Positions 12,880 to 25,010 of a DNA stretch of 64,000 nucleotides are shown here, in pieces. The notes under the pieces are model-generated. The model was not told the origin of the DNA. It did not search any database and saw nothing but the letters and a program-made list of their open reading frames with translations. How positions within the stretch are numbered: the first letter of the stretch is position 1; every line of letters begins with the position of its first letter. The stretch lies in contig NC_043008.1 of NCBI RefSeq assembly GCF_006345805.1, positions 69,812,001 to 69,876,000 on the forward strand, read 5' to 3'. The position numbers were made by a program, and so were the translations under genes. The DNA comes from Octopus sinensis (taxonomy: Eukaryota).

Positions 12880-13200
12880 CTTCCCTGGGCGTGGGCATGT
12901 CAGTTGCCAGACGTCAGGGCATTAATCATTAAAGCCCTGACCTGAAAGATACCAACAAGATTATCCACCATCTTTTCAATAACAACCGAGGACACCTTTT
13001 TGAATATCATGTCAAACACTTGTAGACATACTTACGAAAGGAAAAAAATAACACAAGACCCATGACATTCGGAAACATTTTTTCAAGCGTGGAATAAACT
13101 ACCTGTATTAGTTGTTAGCTGTCGAGACACTACATCCTTCAAAACTTCAATGGTTCTTGAAATTCGCCAGCAGTACACCTCGTGCCACACATTTTTTTTT
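12880..13200 (+). mobile_element. CR1-group LINE 3' fragment
   Basis: Degenerate DLxDTNKIIHHL..HLFEYHV../..AWNKLPVLVVSCRDTTSFKTSMVLEIRQQY, a typical CR1 ORF2 end. Confidence 0.75.
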
Positions 13201-13352
13201 TAGTTGTAGTGCACCTGAGCACTATATACAACCATTTCGTTATTATTTTTTATGTATATGGGTATATATATAAAACAAAACAACATTGAAATCCAAATCT
13301 GAATAAAACACTAACATGAGCGAAGAAGCAAAAAAGGAAGAAAGGAACAAAA

Positions 13353-13490
13353 ATGATCAATTCAACACAAAGTGCTTCCATTGGTCGCACACCACAAGGT
13401 TCAACGGAAACTACCGAAGCAAGCCAACACACTTGCAGCATTACCACAGGCGATGGCGAAGTTAAGGCTTTGGAACAGTCAAGCACCCAC
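13353..13490 (+). CDS. Possible first coding exon: MINSTQSASIGRTPQGSTETTEASQHTCSITTGDGEVKALEQSSTH
   Basis: 46 open codons ending at a strong donor (CAC|gtaagc), in CpG-retaining unique sequence; no homology recognised. Confidence 0.25.
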
Positions 13491-13714
13491 GTAAGCATCG
13501 TCTGAAACCTCTGTAAGGAGAGCCGCCAACGATGACTCAGTTTATTTCTATGAATTTGTAAAAGCAGAGATTCGTTATTTTTCTCAACACGGTTTTGTCC
13601 TGACAATCACAGGTTCCTATACACTGAAAGTTAACTGCCTGGTGCTAAAAAGGTCCCTCACTCTTGATGTAGGTTTTCTCGTTTGAGAGTTGTATGAAAT
13701 AGGGCAAAAACTAT

Positions 13715-13994
13715 GGTACTACTAGAGAACAGTGGTCTCGGTGCGCGCACTCGCGCAAGCTAGTTGTGACTAGTCGATCCTACAACGACTACCTAGTAAA
13801 GTAAATAAAACACAAAATAAATAATTTTTTTACACAAAGTAAATAATTTTTGTTAAACAAAGTAAATAAAACAAAAACACAAAGTAAATAATTTTTTAAA
13901 CAAAGTAAATAACACAAAAACACAAAGTAAGGATCGACTAATCATGACTAGCTAGCGCGGATGCGCATACCGGGACCAGTTCTCAAGTAGTACC
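13715..13994. mobile_element. MITE with about 65-bp imperfect GGTA-starting TIRs and 9-bp TSD (Merlin-type)
   Basis: ggtactactagagaac..gactagtcgatcct / aggatcgactaatc..gttctcaagtagtacc; flanks aaaaactat / aaaaattat; internal acacaaagtaaataa repeats. Confidence 0.8.
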
Positions 13995-15465
13995 AAAAAT
14001 TATTTGGTTAAGGAGGTAGATGCTTAAATACAAAGAGAGGGAGAAAGTAGAGGTGGGTCTCAACCACCTCGAACCATTTAAACAGATGAAATAGGGGTTA
14101 AATAAAAACCAAAAAAACCCATCTCAGTCAATGAGGCATAGTGACACAGATTTCCTGTCTTGTTTTGATTTCTCTGAAAAACGATGACGGCACAACCGCT
14201 CGGATTACATAACGCAAGGAAAATCCAGTAGGATTCGTTAAATCACTTCATTAAATTGTTTTAGCCATTTTCTAGTAAATATTTAATTGCTTACACATTG
14301 CAACTAATGTGTGTTTGGCTGAAATAGCTTTTCCTGGCACACTGACAATCAATCAGATTTTCTATACCCCACCTCTCACGCTGCAGAAACGATATTCGTA
14401 CCATCGTAGAGTTCAGGGAGATTGATGCCAATTTCTTGAAATCTGTGTTGTACTGAGGTAGACAAACTTAGTCTTTCATCCTTAGATAAAATAAATACCA
14501 TACTTCTGTCCTTGCCCTGAAAATAATGGGGGTAGATTGACAAAAACCTTTAGAACATCGGAACAAATGCTTTGCGTCATTCAATCATATTTCTTTTAAT
14601 TCTGTGATCAAATTCTACTGGAATCAAAGTACATTTTTTCTACGGTCAATATAGTGAAGTACAAATCGTGTTCTATGGTCGATATAATCAACTGTAATAT
14701 TCCCTTCATATCTGTGCCAGTATTAGAAATTAATGTTTTAAAAATGCTGTTATTTAGGAATCTTTGTGGTTTGAGTCACTATCTACAGTTTTATCTCAGT
14801 TGTTTTCAAATTTGGTATATGGATTAACTTTTGTATACTAATTATAAAATTCATTTTCCCCATAAATTTAGAATTAAAAAGTTATTAGCCTTTAAAGTTT
14901 GCAAAATTTGGGTATTTTAGCCAATCAGAAGCGAGTATTTTACACATCACCGTGAAGTTCTGTTAGCATAACAAGCAAAGAACTCTGTATTCATAGTAAC
15001 CAAAGATGTTGCACATGCGAACAAAGAAGGTAACCATCACATGTTTCATAATTGTTCGTTAATAATAATAGGAATTCGATTTGAGAAGAGTATAGAGAAT
15101 TTAGAACAGTGACGGGATGGCCATGACTTTAAACATTTCCTGTTTGATGGAAAATGATACAGCATATTTCTTCCAAGAGAAAGGAATAATACTATGAAAG
15201 ATTTGTAATAAAGGACATGCCATAGAAAAAAAAATCATAATTCGTGGCAATTTGTACTGACGTTGCCAACAGAGATGCGGCATTGTGTCTCTGTATCTCC
15301 GAAAAGATACATAGATGGAAGGCGGTTCCCTTTCTCTGAGAACGATTTTTTTTATACGCCAAGGTCAAGGAAATGACATCAATCAGTAGAGTGGGTATAT
15401 TAATATTCATATGATGTAGTATTATAGATTCATTGGTTATGAATGGGTTTTGTGTTCGTTCTGTA

Positions 15466-15973
15466 CCGTAAATCCTCGAGTATAGTCCGCCTTTGAGTAT
15501 AATACGCAGGGGATTTCTAGGGAGCTGTACCTCTGAAAAACTTGAACCTTGTGTATAACACGCACCCCTTCTCTAACTTGAGTCAAGGAGGTCTATATAA
15601 CGTCCTTGGTTTGTAAAACTATACGGTAATGTCCTTTATTATTATTGTATATATAACATAATGCAAACGTGTAGCTTTTTTGTGCATTTTGTTTGCAGAA
15701 AGTAAAGAAATAACAGTAATAACGTTTAATAAATGTTGCTTACTGCGAGTTATGGATGATTCTTTTATGACTTCATGGCTTTCAGGCTTAGCTTAAGGTA
15801 TTTTCGCGCCCGACATCACAAAATGTCTGAGTAAACATTGCCAGACAGCAAATAGAGACTCGGACATTGCTTAGAAAATATTTTTCATTTTTAACCTCGT
15901 GTATAATACGCCCTAGGGATTTTGACCTTTAAATTTTGGGAAAAAAATGCGGATTATACTCGAGGATTTACGG
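15466..15973. mobile_element. Non-autonomous Tc1/mariner (pogo-like) element with TA TSD
   Basis: TA|ccgtaaatcctcgagtatagtccgc ... gcggattatactcgaggatttacgg|TA. Confidence 0.88.
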
Positions 15974-16295
15974 TACTTTTTTCACAGCACCTACTGACTT
16001 CCTGTAATAGAGAGCCGTCGCCATATTTTCATGCCAACTGTTCTGACCAGCGTCATCTTAAGTTATCACTTAACTCATGTGCAAAACTGATTAGTGAAAT
16101 TGATGCGATCGATTTATAATAATGTATGTATGCACACACCTACATGTTTATGAACGCCGTTACCTCTATGTAAGATGTGCCGAAAACTTTTGTAAAGAAA
16201 CAAAAAGATACAAAAAAAACCAGAAATCTACCCATAGCTTGCTTTAAGCCAGCTACAAGTATAAGGTACGCACTATCGAAGTTATCTCTTATACC

Positions 16296-16526
16296 TATTT
16301 CTTTATTACCCACAAGGGGCTAAACATAGAGGGGACAAACAAGGACAGACATAGGTATTAAGTCGATTACATCGACCCCAGTGCGTAACTGGTACTTAAT
16401 TTATCGACCCCGAAAGGATGAAAGGTAAAGTCGACCTCGGCGGAATTTGAACTCACAACGTAACGGCAGACGAAATACCGATAAGCATTTCGCCCGACGT
16501 GCTAACGTTTCTGCCAGCTCTCCGCC
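16296..16526 (-). mobile_element. Near-pristine family A SINE with 14-bp TSD
   Basis: TSD ttatctcttatacc at 16282-16295 and 16527-16540; CpGs intact (gtcgacctcggcggaa, tttcgcccgacgtg). Confidence 0.93.
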
Positions 16527-17104
16527 TTATCTCTTATACCAGTCGACGACAAATTGCAGCCTGCGAGAGTTTCTGAATGGCGTGGCTAACGAAAAGTTAC
16601 CTTGAACCGTCTAAGTAAGGCAGCGCGCCTAATGATGAACCACGGCTCATGCGACTCATTTCTCGAAAATTTTGCCCATGCCTGTTCTAAAAGCTAGTCA
16701 GTCAGTCAGCTTTACTACCAGTTGGTGAGTATCGACTTAATGAAACAGAGTTCGCTTTACAGCCGATAGATATAAAGATATCGTCTGCTTTTCATTGAAA
16801 GGTAGACAACAAATTATTTTGTAACTAATGCTCAGAAATTATTTTACGTTATTTTTTGAAACTATTCTAAGTTACTTTGTCGTTTGAAGTTTCTTTTATT
16901 GTTTCGTTGAGGGGTTGATAAGCGTGTACTTTTGGCTAGTATTATTTGCAATACTTATTACCTTTCAATGGCTGTAAATTTTTTTTCAGTGAGTTTCGTA
17001 AAACATTTTAGTTCATTCTTCTTATAGAAAAACACATGACTGACAGTCATCATTAAACTTGATGAAAGTAAACAAAAGCTATAGGAGAACATTTAACTTT
17101 GAAC

Positions 17105-17430
17105 TGTAACTTGCAAATGGTTAAATGGAAATGTTTCTAATAATAAATTGTATTGTTGATGATGTCTACTATTTTCGAATGAAAATTCAGTTTAGAGTTC
17201 AGTTAATAAAGGATATGACGATTAAAATAACCTGCATACTGCAATGAATCTATAGCTCGCCATGAAAAGTCAATTTATCCATTTACAAGTCTACGTTAAT
17301 TTTAAACAATTTGAAAAAGCAGGTAGAATCGATTTAGTGCTTGACAAGCAGAAATCACTTGCTATTAGCAGACACAATGAAGATTTGAACAACAGAACTA
17401 ACTTTAAAACTAATTAGAATAACATGCTTT
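17105..17430 (+). pseudogene. hAT transposase relic, N-terminal TTF zinc finger/DUF4371-like region
   Basis: Degenerate WLNGNVSNNKLYCxxCLLF...FKQFEKAGRIDLVLDKQKSLAISRHNEDL, with stops. Confidence 0.75.
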
Positions 17431-18344
17431 TTGATATTTTTGCCCAGATGAAAGCAATTTAAGTCAATGAAACTTGATCGAACGAAGAGTGCAAAATATG
17501 CATATTATACAAAATTGCTTTCCGAGAGGGAGGGAGAGAGCTTTACAATCTCTAAAAAATAAACTTTTATTCATTTATTTTAATTTTGCCCGACTCGGGT
17601 CGGAATTGAGTTTGGTATTCTTGTATTGTTTTCGCCAAAACCAATATTGTAAAGCATGGCAGAGTGCCAAAATAGCTATTCCAAATTAATTGCATTTTGT
17701 CCATTTTCGCCTAATTTCTTATGTACCAGGTACTTTAAAATGATGGCAGGTGCCTTTCTTATGAAAATTTATAATTTTTTTAAAATGCCATCTTCTCCAC
17801 TCGTATCTTCACAATAGCTATCAGTATTAAAACACGCCCTCCGTGTTATATTCCATATTCTGAAACGCATGTAATCCAGATTTTTCAAGGGAAAAATTTT
17901 GAAAACCATATATTTTAAATATCCCACCGCCAGTAATTACTGGTACAATTTTTTTCAGTGGTTTTAGTAATTTATAAAATGACTACAGCACTCTGAAACA
18001 TTTGGAATTCACGTTTAAAACAAAACAAAAATTCCTAACCTCACCACCACCCCATCGTACCTTCCAATGATTGAAAAAAATTAAGCATCACAAGTTTGTG
18101 GGGAAAACGAAATTAGAATTTTGAAAGTTGTATCTATAAAACAATAATTTCAGTTACTTAAAATGTAGAAAAGAATTTTTTTTTATGCATTCCAATCTCT
18201 AAACAATTGACTTTCGTTCATTTTTTGCCAGTCTTGGGTCGGAACTGTTTGGTATTCTTGTAATATTTGAAAAAGTTTTTGCTAAAACTATTGGCTTCAA
18301 ATTTTGGCGAAGCGCCTTAAATATGTTGAAAAATGAAATGCATG

Positions 18345-18520
18345 AAAGTTTTCCACAAATTAATGAAATTGATCTTAATTTTACCAATTTCAACTCCGTC
18401 GTTTGAGCGAACTTTTTCTGCGCTTAAAGGGATAAAACCCTATCAGCGTCTAGAAAGGCTACCATGTAATACTCTCGAAGAAACATTTCTGTTAAAAATT
18501 AATGGAGAAGCAGGAAGATA
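18345..18520 (+). pseudogene. hAT transposase relic, C-terminal dimerisation domain
   Basis: LILILPISTPSFERTFSALKGIK matches the LPxSTAxxERxFSxLK motif. Confidence 0.75.
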
Positions 18521-18671
18521 TTTAACTCACTTATCGAAAGGTTTTACTAAAAGAATTTTTCTTTTCTTGTTAGTCAAGCTTATTTACTACGTTACTGTGA
18601 AGTAATGCAAGGAGTGACGACTTTGCATCATGATGCAACATTGTAAGTAGTGCTGTTCTGTATTTTTCAGT

Positions 18672-19285
18672 CTAGATGAACTCCGCATCTCCATCGCACT
18701 CGGAGTGGGAGCTGACGTCTGTAGGGGACTTAGATGCCCCTGTGGTAGGCCTCTCAACCCCACAAGTCTTCACGGTTTGTCTCACCGGTTAAATGTTTGT
18801 TGCTTCGCTCGTCACACCGAGCTAAACTTGATAATTAAGCGGATACTGGCTCGGATTAATATCCCCTCAGTTCTGGAGCCATCAGGGTTATTTAGAAGTG
18901 ATGGAAAGAGACCATATGGTCTTACCCTCTGTTCCTGTGTTAGAAGTGCCTCATTTGGGACGCCACAGCCTGCGACTCCTTTGCTCCCTCGCACATCCCG
19001 GATGCTGCAGTTAATGGGAGAGTCAGTTTCCGTAGCCGAACGGAAGAAAACCCTGAAGTATCGGGACCTGACAATGAACTATCTCTTCCAGCCTGTGGCA
19101 TTTGAGACATTTGGAGGGACTGAACCACTGACTGCGAAGTTATTGTCAACGTTGGCTGCTCGCCTCACCGATGTATCAGATGATGCCCAAGACAGCACTT
19201 GGCTTTCCAAATTCCTTAGCTTCGCCAACGCCTGTGGTAATGCTGCAAGCATGCTGGCTTGCTTCAGTAGATTCCGTTAAACCTT
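18672..19285 (+). mobile_element. CRE-clade non-LTR retrotransposon 3' fragment (zinc knuckle plus RLE)
   Basis: LRISIALGVG..CPCGR..HGLSH..RHTELNLIIKRIL..IPSVLEPSGLFRSDGKRP.GLTL; shifted frame CLIWDATACDSFAPSH; then AERKKTLKY..FQPVAFETFG..GNAASML. Confidence 0.88.
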
Positions 19286-20967
19286 GTGGCATGCGACCAG
19301 TTACTATGATGAAAAAAAAAAAATTCCCCACAGTTTAACAGAAAGATTTGGAAGAATTAGATGAAAGTTCTCCGGTAATTTTCTTCCATGTAAATAAATG
19401 TTAATTAAAGAATTTTCCAGCAAAATCTTATAAAATAACAATGTTCTAAAAGATGTACATGTTTATATGTCATATATAAAAATAAAAATGTTTTGAAAAT
19501 GTCACAGGGTTTTTAATGCATTTAGGGAGGGTCATTCGCTTAGCTGATATAATCTTTTGTAGGTTAGTGGACATTTGTAAAAAATATTTTTTTCCTCGGT
19601 CAAAAATGCAGAAAAAACTCCTCATATTTCCCCCACCCGCGCCTCGTGTGTGTGTAAGGTAACCAGGGTGGTGGGTGATGGCGTTAAACTGAGCAACGGG
19701 TTTTGTCATAATTATATTTTGAAATTTCAATAGACATTAACTGTTAATTTTCATAAATACATTAGAGAAAATAGTCCGTTTAGCTAATATTAAAATAAAA
19801 CGTCTCCACGTAAGTGATATTCCAATAACTGTGTTATTTAAATAATTAAAATTTCCACATGCCAGGTTATAACGGTTCACTGTCGCTGTCTTAGGCTATC
19901 GATTTCCAAAACATAGTCAAATAACCACAAATACTTCTTGTGTAGGAGGGAGGAGTCGAATATATCGACCCAGTACATCACTGTTATTTTATCTTAATCA
20001 ACCCTCATTTAGAAATCAATATTCTAAATTGTAGATTGTAAAATCCCGCCATTATCAACGTCGCTTTTCATCCTTCAATGATCGATAAATTAAATAATCG
20101 TTGCTGTTTAGCCCAAGGTCAGCCCTGTATTGAACAAAATATATGATGAATGATATTCCAACCCATGATTCGCGTCACTCCTTCCACCACCACCCGGTCA
20201 TAATGTACCCATGACCACAATATCTGGGTCGTTTCTTTTTCAAGACACCGAGAGTGTCATTGGAGGGATATTTTGGCTGCTATTTTTAGCAGATTGTGCT
20301 TATCATCCAGAAGCTTCTTCGTAGGAATATTTCAATAAAAGGGCCGATCTTTGATTATAATGTACCACGTTTTCTTTATCAAACAAGAATCATTTAGTTT
20401 GATATTGTACTGCGACAAGTTTATGTTTGAATATCGAACATTTTAGGGGCTAAAATTGAAATTTTTTCTTCTTCTATTGTTTTGTAGTTTACTTCACAAT
20501 AAAATCTCTGTGATATACCACCGGTTTTTATAAAACACAAGATGGTTTCAGAAAATAATATTAAAAAAATCTCTCAGTAATATCAGATAAAAAAACTTGT
20601 CTAAGCATACCTAAAAGTAAAAGGTTAATTTTTCATTTTTTTTTTTTTTATACGTTGAAAACCATCACATTTATGCAGGGTAAAGTACGGTGGTTATGGT
20701 GTACCCCAGTTGCTATTTCTGAAATATTTGAGATATCTCCAAAAGATACAATGAAAGTAGGTATCTGTGGACACGACGAAAAGAGGGTTTTGTTATTAAA
20801 AAGGCAGAATTTCACTCGTTCTCTTTTATGAAATTATAGGATGTCACTGTCGTTACTTTCGGGGTCCGGACCAAAGCTTCCTAAGAAAGAGCCCCACGGT
20901 TATATTTTTCGGTTATTTTTTCGTTTTTAGATTTTTTAGTTGAATGTATCGACCCCAGAATTTTTTT

Positions 20968-21597
20968 GGTTAATGTTGATATTATTACCTGGAAACGAAA
21001 TGGAAAAAAAATAGTGCAACGGGTGTAAAAAAAGGGTGTAGGAAACGAATATGGAAACAAAAGTTCCGGGACAGCAACGGAGAATGGGGAGAGGCTTTCA
21101 GAAAATTCATAAGATCCAATGTTTTTTCCTCATAACTTTTAGGAAAATGGTTTTTTTTTTTTAATTAAATTTTATATAAATACCTTTCAAACGGTATAGA
21201 TTACGACTATAAAGAAATTTGTAGGGAAAATCTTTTCAGAGGGGGTGGGGAAAGGACTTCGGAAAATTCTCAAGATCCGAGTTTTTTCCTCATAACTTTG
21301 AGGAAAATATAATCCTCTTGAAGGACCCGAACCCTTCAAAGGGATGTTTAGCATCTAAGTTCCTGTGGAAAAGCCTAATTTATGATTTCAAAAGGATTAT
21401 ACTTTCCTTAATGTTACGAGGGAAAAACTAAGATCTTGTGAATCTTGAAAATTTTCCGAAGGCATCTCCCCCTCCGTTGCTTTCCCGGAATTTTTTTCAT
21501 ATTCGTTTCCTACACTTTCTTAAATTTTTTATTTTTACACCCGTTGCACTATTTTTTTTTTCGATTTCGTTTCCGGGTACTATTGTCAACATTAACC
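20968..21597. mobile_element. Fold-back element with about 190-bp imperfect inverted arms starting GGTTAATG
   Basis: ggttaatgttgat..ggaaacgaaat..atagtgcaacgggtgtaaaaa..gtgtaggaaacgaatatg is mirrored at about 21400-21597; flanked by T-tracts. Confidence 0.8.
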
Positions 21598-23683
21598 TTT
21601 TTTTTTTTCACTTGTTACAGCTATTAGACTGCGGCCGGCCATGTTGGGTCACCACCTTGAAGATGGCTGTATGGAACCCAGAATTTTTTAAAGCTTGATC
21701 AAAACCACTTCTGTGATATAATTCGTTTTTGCTTTTCTTTTAAGTTGTTTCTTTATAGTCGTAATCTATACCGTTTGAAAGGTATTTATATAATATTTAG
21801 ACTGCGGCCATGCTGGGGCACCACCTCGTGGAATTTTTAGTTGATTGTATCGACCCCAGAATTTTTCTAGATGAGTTTCAACCAACGCAAGAAGTTAAGC
21901 CTGGAAGGTCTCTCCACATGTTAGCAATAACAGCCAAATCTTACAATTTTTTTTTATAATTTCACGTAAGCAAAAACGGAAATCGCAGTTGTTAAAAAGA
22001 AAAATTTCCCAAAATTCCTATTTTAAAGTAAGCAAAATATATTCAATCGAAAAACGGTGTCAAGTGCTTTAATTATTTTCCTCGTTTTTAGAATAATTTT
22101 GAAGTTTGAAAATGAAAATAAATCAACCTTAACATCAATAATAGAATAACAGAACACAAGACTCTTTGCTACCCAATGTACATGTTGTCTGAGTTCTAAC
22201 AAAAGGGAAGAAATGTGTAGAAACATAAAAACGAAAGGAAGCATGTTTGAATGACTATATATACACAAACACATAAAATAAAAGTAAATATTACACATGT
22301 CTTGACATGTTTTCTCCCTATTTAGGCAAACGATAAGAAGTACGTTTGAATGACTAGCCTTCTGTTAGACCTTCAACGGCCAGAGAAAGTTCAAAAGGTC
22401 AACTAATTCTCATGAATCTATAATATATATATATCTATTTATATTTTAAAATGCTGATTTTTCTGCGGCCCAAAACTCTTCAAGCTGGTGCCCCAGCATG
22501 GCCGCAGTCCAATGACTGAAACGATTTTTAGAAGATAAAAAAACTGAGGGTGTTATAAAAAAATTTCAAGAGATTTGGCTGTTATTTCTAGCATGTGGAG
22601 ATACCTTTTAGGCTTAACTTCATGCACTGGTTGAAAATCATAAAAAAATTCTGGGGTCGTTCTTTAAGATGGTGCCCCAGTATGGTCACAGTCTAATAAC
22701 TGCAACAAGTAAAAAAGAAGAAAAAATTCTGGGGTCGTTACGTTCAAGTAAAAATTCTTCAAGGCGGTGCCCCAGCATAGCCGCAGTCTAATGACTGAAA
22801 CAAATAAAAGATGAAAAAATAATCCAAAAATATAACCGTGGGGCCTTTGTCCACTTTCACACTTGAACTATGGGGCTTTTGTCCCACACTCGTTATTATC
22901 AGTCATTTTTTAAAAAACTTTTAAACTGCATGCCAACCGATTAAAATATATGCAACACTCCGATGAGGAAGAAATTTCTCAACATGCCAAGCTAAGGAAA
23001 TTCCGTTGTCTTTGATGTGGTTGTTCGACCTGCTAAAAACCGCAACCAAATCTCTTAATATTCACACCCCTTTCTGCCTCAACAACATTACCATGGACAG
23101 CTATAAAAGTTCTGAACGATTCGATACATTCACATTTTCCTCTCAACAACTTTTTTAAAAAAATGAACCACAGCAATACAACAATTTTTGTGACTACAAA
23201 TATTTTTCATGATGAACAAGCTGGCCACATCGAGGCGTTTTCTGACTCCAGTCAGTGCTGTCGCGAACATGATGTGCAAATGCCCGAGGCCAGCACAGGT
23301 CTGGGGACCCCAAACTACTTTATGTATGCTGCGAATTGTTGTCAAAAACTAAAGTGCCCATTGCTTCATCGAGGGTGACGATCCTGGATACCATCAATCT
23401 GATGCCAGTTAGAATTTAAGAAAGTGGAACGCTATAATCAAAGAATGCCCTGTTAAGTTCCCCGCTTGATTACTACCCTTTTTTTTCCTCTTGAATTTTC
23501 TAACATTAGACACTTAGAAATATCTGGTTTCTTGTTAGAAATAGAATGTTAGAAATAACAGCCAAATTCCCTTCAAACCTTAAACAAAAAAAGACTTGAA
23601 TAAGGTGAGATTGTCGTGGATTGTCTTCGATAATAGATCTGTTCAATCAAGGCTTGACCTGGGGCTAAAATAGAATTTATGTT

Positions 23684-24070
23684 TTAGAATGGACTTCGCA
23701 GAAGCAAATTCTGGAAGCAATAGAAAGAGGAGGGGAAGCAGTCGAAGAATTTAATGGAGTTGGCATGTGTTGAATAACAATGTGTGATTCTATGAGAAAT
23801 GGTAATGAAGAGGAACAACAAGTATTTGTGTCTCTGTAGGGAGCCAAGCTTTACCATGTTACATGGAAAGGGATTCAGTGACCGTGTTAGAAGTGAATCG
23901 GTTCGTTTTGTTAATGATGAAGCCGTGTCAAAAGCAAATGCAAGTTCCGTGTGATCGGAAAAGGTCTCAGCAGGGACTTCAGTGCCGTTAGCTTTGAATC
24001 TTTGATCTTTTGAAATAAAGATTTGGAGAAAGTTTGGTGGGAAAAGACGAGAGGGAAAACACACATACAT
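23684..24070 (-). pseudogene. Possible CR1/L2-type endonuclease remnant
   Basis: 128-codon frame with weak resemblance (VKLGSL..KYLLFL..NSIKFFD) to LINE APE domains; not decisive. Confidence 0.25.
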
Positions 24071-24440
24071 ATAGAGAGAGATGCATATATTGTGTGTGTG
24101 TGCGTATTATATATATTGAATTGTTTGGATGTTTACTTCACAATCACGATTTCAATGGTTCGATCCCATTGTGTAGTAGTACCCCGAGCAAATGTAATTT
24201 TCTATAGCTTCGAGTCAACCCTGGGTGGACTTAGACTGTATAAGAAGCACGTCAAGTGGATTGTACCCGCAATTCAAAAGGTTGCCGTAAACTGCGTCGC
24301 TCTGATTCTGCTGAGAATAACACTTACGGTACAGCAGTCTGTATCCACCTACGTGCTAATTCAGGTGCAGGTACTTCAGTTGATTGAACACCTGGACCTG
24401 GATCTTCATTACTGAACGATGCAGATTCACTATATATAAA

Positions 24441-24790
24441 AGCTTGTTCCAGTCATTAGACTGCGGCCATGCTAGGGCACTGCCTTCAAGAATTTTTAGT
24501 CAAATGAATCGACCCCAGTAGTCTTTTTAAGCCTGGCAGTTATTCTATTGGTTTCTTTCGCAGAACCGCTAAGTTATGGGGACGTGAACACACCAACACC
24601 TATTGTCAAGCAGCGGTGAGGGACAGACACAAAGTCGCACACACACACGATAGGTTTCTTTCGGTTTCTGTCTAGGAAATCCACTCACAAGGCTTTGGTC
24701 GGGCCGAAGCTAGAGTAGTCACTAACACAAGGTGCAAGTGGGACTAAACTCGGAAACCATGTGGTTGGGAAGCTAGCTTTATGTACGCGG
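24441..24790 (-). mobile_element. Family B SINE, CpG-retaining copy
   Basis: cttgttccagtcattagactgcggccatgc..aatcgacccca..aaatccactcacaaggctttggtcgggccg..ggaaaccatgtggttgg. Confidence 0.85.
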
Positions 24791-24966
24791 AGTAGATGAA
24801 ATAGGGACAACTGATGAAGGGGAATATTCTTTATGTTGCATGTCTCGTTTCTCTGGGTTTTTTTTTTCATTCTAAAAAAAGTTCGTTTCCTGGGTTTTTT
24901 TTTTTTTCACGTTTTCGTTTCTCATTGTGTTCAACGTTATTTTGATGTCCTGTATCCATATATACA

Positions 24967-25010
<44 letters not shown>

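Noticed and set aside
13790-13930. CRISPR-like repeat array
   Set aside because: Irregular A-rich tandem repeats inside a MITE, with no unique spacers, in eukaryotic context.
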